A stretch of DNA of 64,000 nt from NCBI GenBank assembly GCA_976551045.1, contig CDPCPM010000029.1, forward strand, positions 11,780,001 to 11,844,000, written 5' to 3'. The translations under genes were made by a program, and so were the position numbers. Position 1 is the stretch's first letter. Every line of letters begins with the position of its first letter. Positions 61,925 through 64,000 of the stretch are shown one piece after another. The DNA comes from Glaucostegus cemiculus (Eukaryota). Below the pieces are notes generated by a model. The model had not been told where the DNA came from. It did no database searches and saw nothing but the letters and a program-made list of their open reading frames with translations.

Positions 61925-62380
61925 TTAAATTCATTTTTGAGACCTGGGCATCATTTATTGTCTGTGCTAAATTGCCCTAGGTCAGGTGGTGGTGAACTGT
62001 CATCTTGAACCACTGCAGTACTTCTGGTGCAGGTACTCCCACAGTACCTTTGGGCAGGGACTTCCAGGATCTAGACCCTGTGTTGATGAAGAACCAGTGA
62101 TAATGTTTCCAAATTAGGATGGAGTGCAACTTAGAGGAGAATCTACTGGTGGTGGTGTTCCCATGTGCCTGTTGCCCTTGTCCTCCTTGGTGATTAAGGT
62201 TGTGGACTTGGGTGGTTCTGTCAGACCAGACTAGACTAGACATGTAACTGCACTGCATTTTGGAGATGGTACACTCTGCAGTCGCTGTGTGATGCTGGTG
62301 AATAGAATAAGTGTCCAGGGTGGTTAATGGGGTGCCAATCAAGCCGGATGCTTTGACCTGAATGGCGTTGAAGCTTCGTG
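61925..62380 (-). mobile_element. Non-LTR retrotransposon 3' fragment, same family as 12095-12930
   Basis: Shared aattgccct..ggtggtggtga..tg...tcttgaacc.ctgcagt and caggtactcccacagt blocks. Confidence 0.68.
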
Positions 62381-62669
62381 ATGGACTCTAGTTTTGAAAT
62401 CAGCCAAAGCAATAAATGCTGTCTGTTGGCTTTGAGCATCCTACTTCAAAGGACTTTGGGCATTCTCACTCTGGTCTTCGCGTTTAAGCAAAGGGTAATA
62501 ATGGAGAACTAGCCACAGCCAGGCAGGAATTGGTCTAAATGACCGGTTCAGACAGACTCGATGGCTGGTTGGTGCTGAGGGTGGAATATTTGCCATCATT
62601 CAGTAAATATGCTCTTAAGGTTGAAGCATATTTTAAATCAGAGCTGTATCTTACCTGGGATTTCTTGTA

Positions 62670-62840
62670 GACATGAGTCTGCAGATGCTGGAATCTGGAG
62701 CAACAACCAATCTGCTGGAGGAACTCAGCAGATCAGCTAGGCTCCTTACGCAGGGTTTCAACCTGAAATGTTGACAATTCCATTCCCCCCACAGATGCTG
62801 CTTGACCTACTGAGCTCCTGTAGCAGATTGTTTGTTGCCG
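62670..62840. mobile_element. Penelope-like foldback remnant (second subfamily)
   Basis: Arms aatctgctggaggaactcagcag and ctactgagctcctgtagcagatt around a degenerate gcagggtttcaacctgaaatgttgac. Confidence 0.6.
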
Positions 62841-64000
62841 GTATTTCTTATGGTTGATGCCACCATTAGAGTGCCAACAATGATCTAAGGTACTAGTTCT
62901 CCCCAAAGCAAAATAAAATCTTATAACACAATAAGAGTTCTTCCCGGATTCTGTAATTTTTTCAGCTGGTCAATGCTTCATGGTGTCTCTTGGCAATGTT
63001 GGTGAAATGAAGTTTACAGATTGGGGCCAAATATGGACCCCACCAGTGTTCCTACTGCCCGTTACAGTGCCTTCACTGCATTCAGTGAGATCTGGTTTGA
63101 AATGGTGTGATTGCTTTCCTTTGCAAATGTGTCTTTTCAGCAGTATATTTGATGTAACTGTGTGCCACTTTTGATCATCAGTGCTCAGGAACAGAATGAA
63201 TGAAACCTGATTCATTTAATGAACTAACTTGGGTTTCTAAAGTAAGAGCACAAACCACATGTTCAAACCCTTTGAGAGGTGTTTCTGTAGTTCAAATTTG
63301 AGGTATTTGTTTGAAAAATACACCAGTTTTAAGAGTGCGCCGTAATAATGATCAAAATTTCAGGAACAGTCTAGTTGCAGGTGTTAATTTCTACTGATTT
63401 TAGTTTATGAAACGTTTTTTGTTCTGCTTGTGTACCTTTTGAATAATTTCTTTTTCCAAATGGCACTGCTGTATCTCTGTCTCTGCCTTTCATTACCTTG
63501 CATGTTCTTGACTGTCAATGACTTTTGCTTGCATGAAGCTGAATTCCATGTACTTCAAACATCTCTTAAGAAAATGTTAGCTTTTTATTATATAAAGCTT
63601 TGAGGAAATTTAGTCAACTTTATCAATTCTTTGAGATTATTAGGATGCATGTATTTAAGTTGTTTATGATTAAGTCAGGAAAACTAAAATAACCCCAGCA
63701 CTTTCAAAGTTTCTTGAGCTCAGAGAAGCTTTTTTTTTATTAGACCTGGGTCTCAAAAATTCACAGCAGAAAGAATTGCACAGTAAGTAGTAAATGCATT
63801 TCCATGAGATCTCTGCTGCTGCCCCCATCTACACAAAATGGGGAGGAAGTACCAAATTGTAATGTCATTGGCAAAGATCCACTACATAAGGGGGGTATCA
63901 GGGAACTTTCCATTGGTACAAGGTCAAAATCTGGCACTGAAAAGGATTAGACTCAGACGTGGGTATTCAGAATCCATTCCATTTCACCTTCCTTCCTAGA

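Noticed and set aside
412-63215. Most short ORFs in the supplied track
   Set aside because: They are chance frames, often with non-ATG starts, in introns or decayed repeats. Only those overlapping TBC1D1 exons or LINE remnants are meaningful.
1-64000. Prokaryotic systems (operons, CRISPR arrays, defence islands), rRNA or true tRNA genes
   Set aside because: The DNA is intron-rich vertebrate sequence. There is no regularly spaced repeat-spacer array, and the tRNA-like boxes are SINE heads.

Overview
This is vertebrate genomic DNA, not prokaryotic. The repeat content (V-SINE/HE1-like SINEs, CR1, Rex1/Babar, Tx1, L2, DeuSINE-like and Penelope-like repeats) points to a cartilaginous fish, probably a ray or skate. 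The whole window lies inside one + strand gene, TBC1D1 (Rab-GAP, paralog of AS160/TBC1D4). Nine constitutive internal coding exons (35776-59459) splice with canonical AG/GT ends and consistent phases. A symmetric 159-nt exon (61223-61381) matches the muscle-type cassette exon of mammalian TBC1D1. The main first coding exon and the TBC domain lie outside the window. The three most notable observations are: (1) a candidate alternative first exon in the long upstream intron (MSPLFSWVAK, 6846-6875) that joins the next exon in frame; (2) a family of short foldback repeats carrying minimal type I hammerhead ribozyme motifs of the Penelope-like class, several in sense orientation in the intron; (3) a linker with both a TBC1D1-Ser237-like and a TBC1D4-Ser341-like phospho/14-3-3 motif. 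Homology calls come from recalled sequences, not database searches, and repeat boundaries are approximate unless a target-site duplication (TSD) is given.
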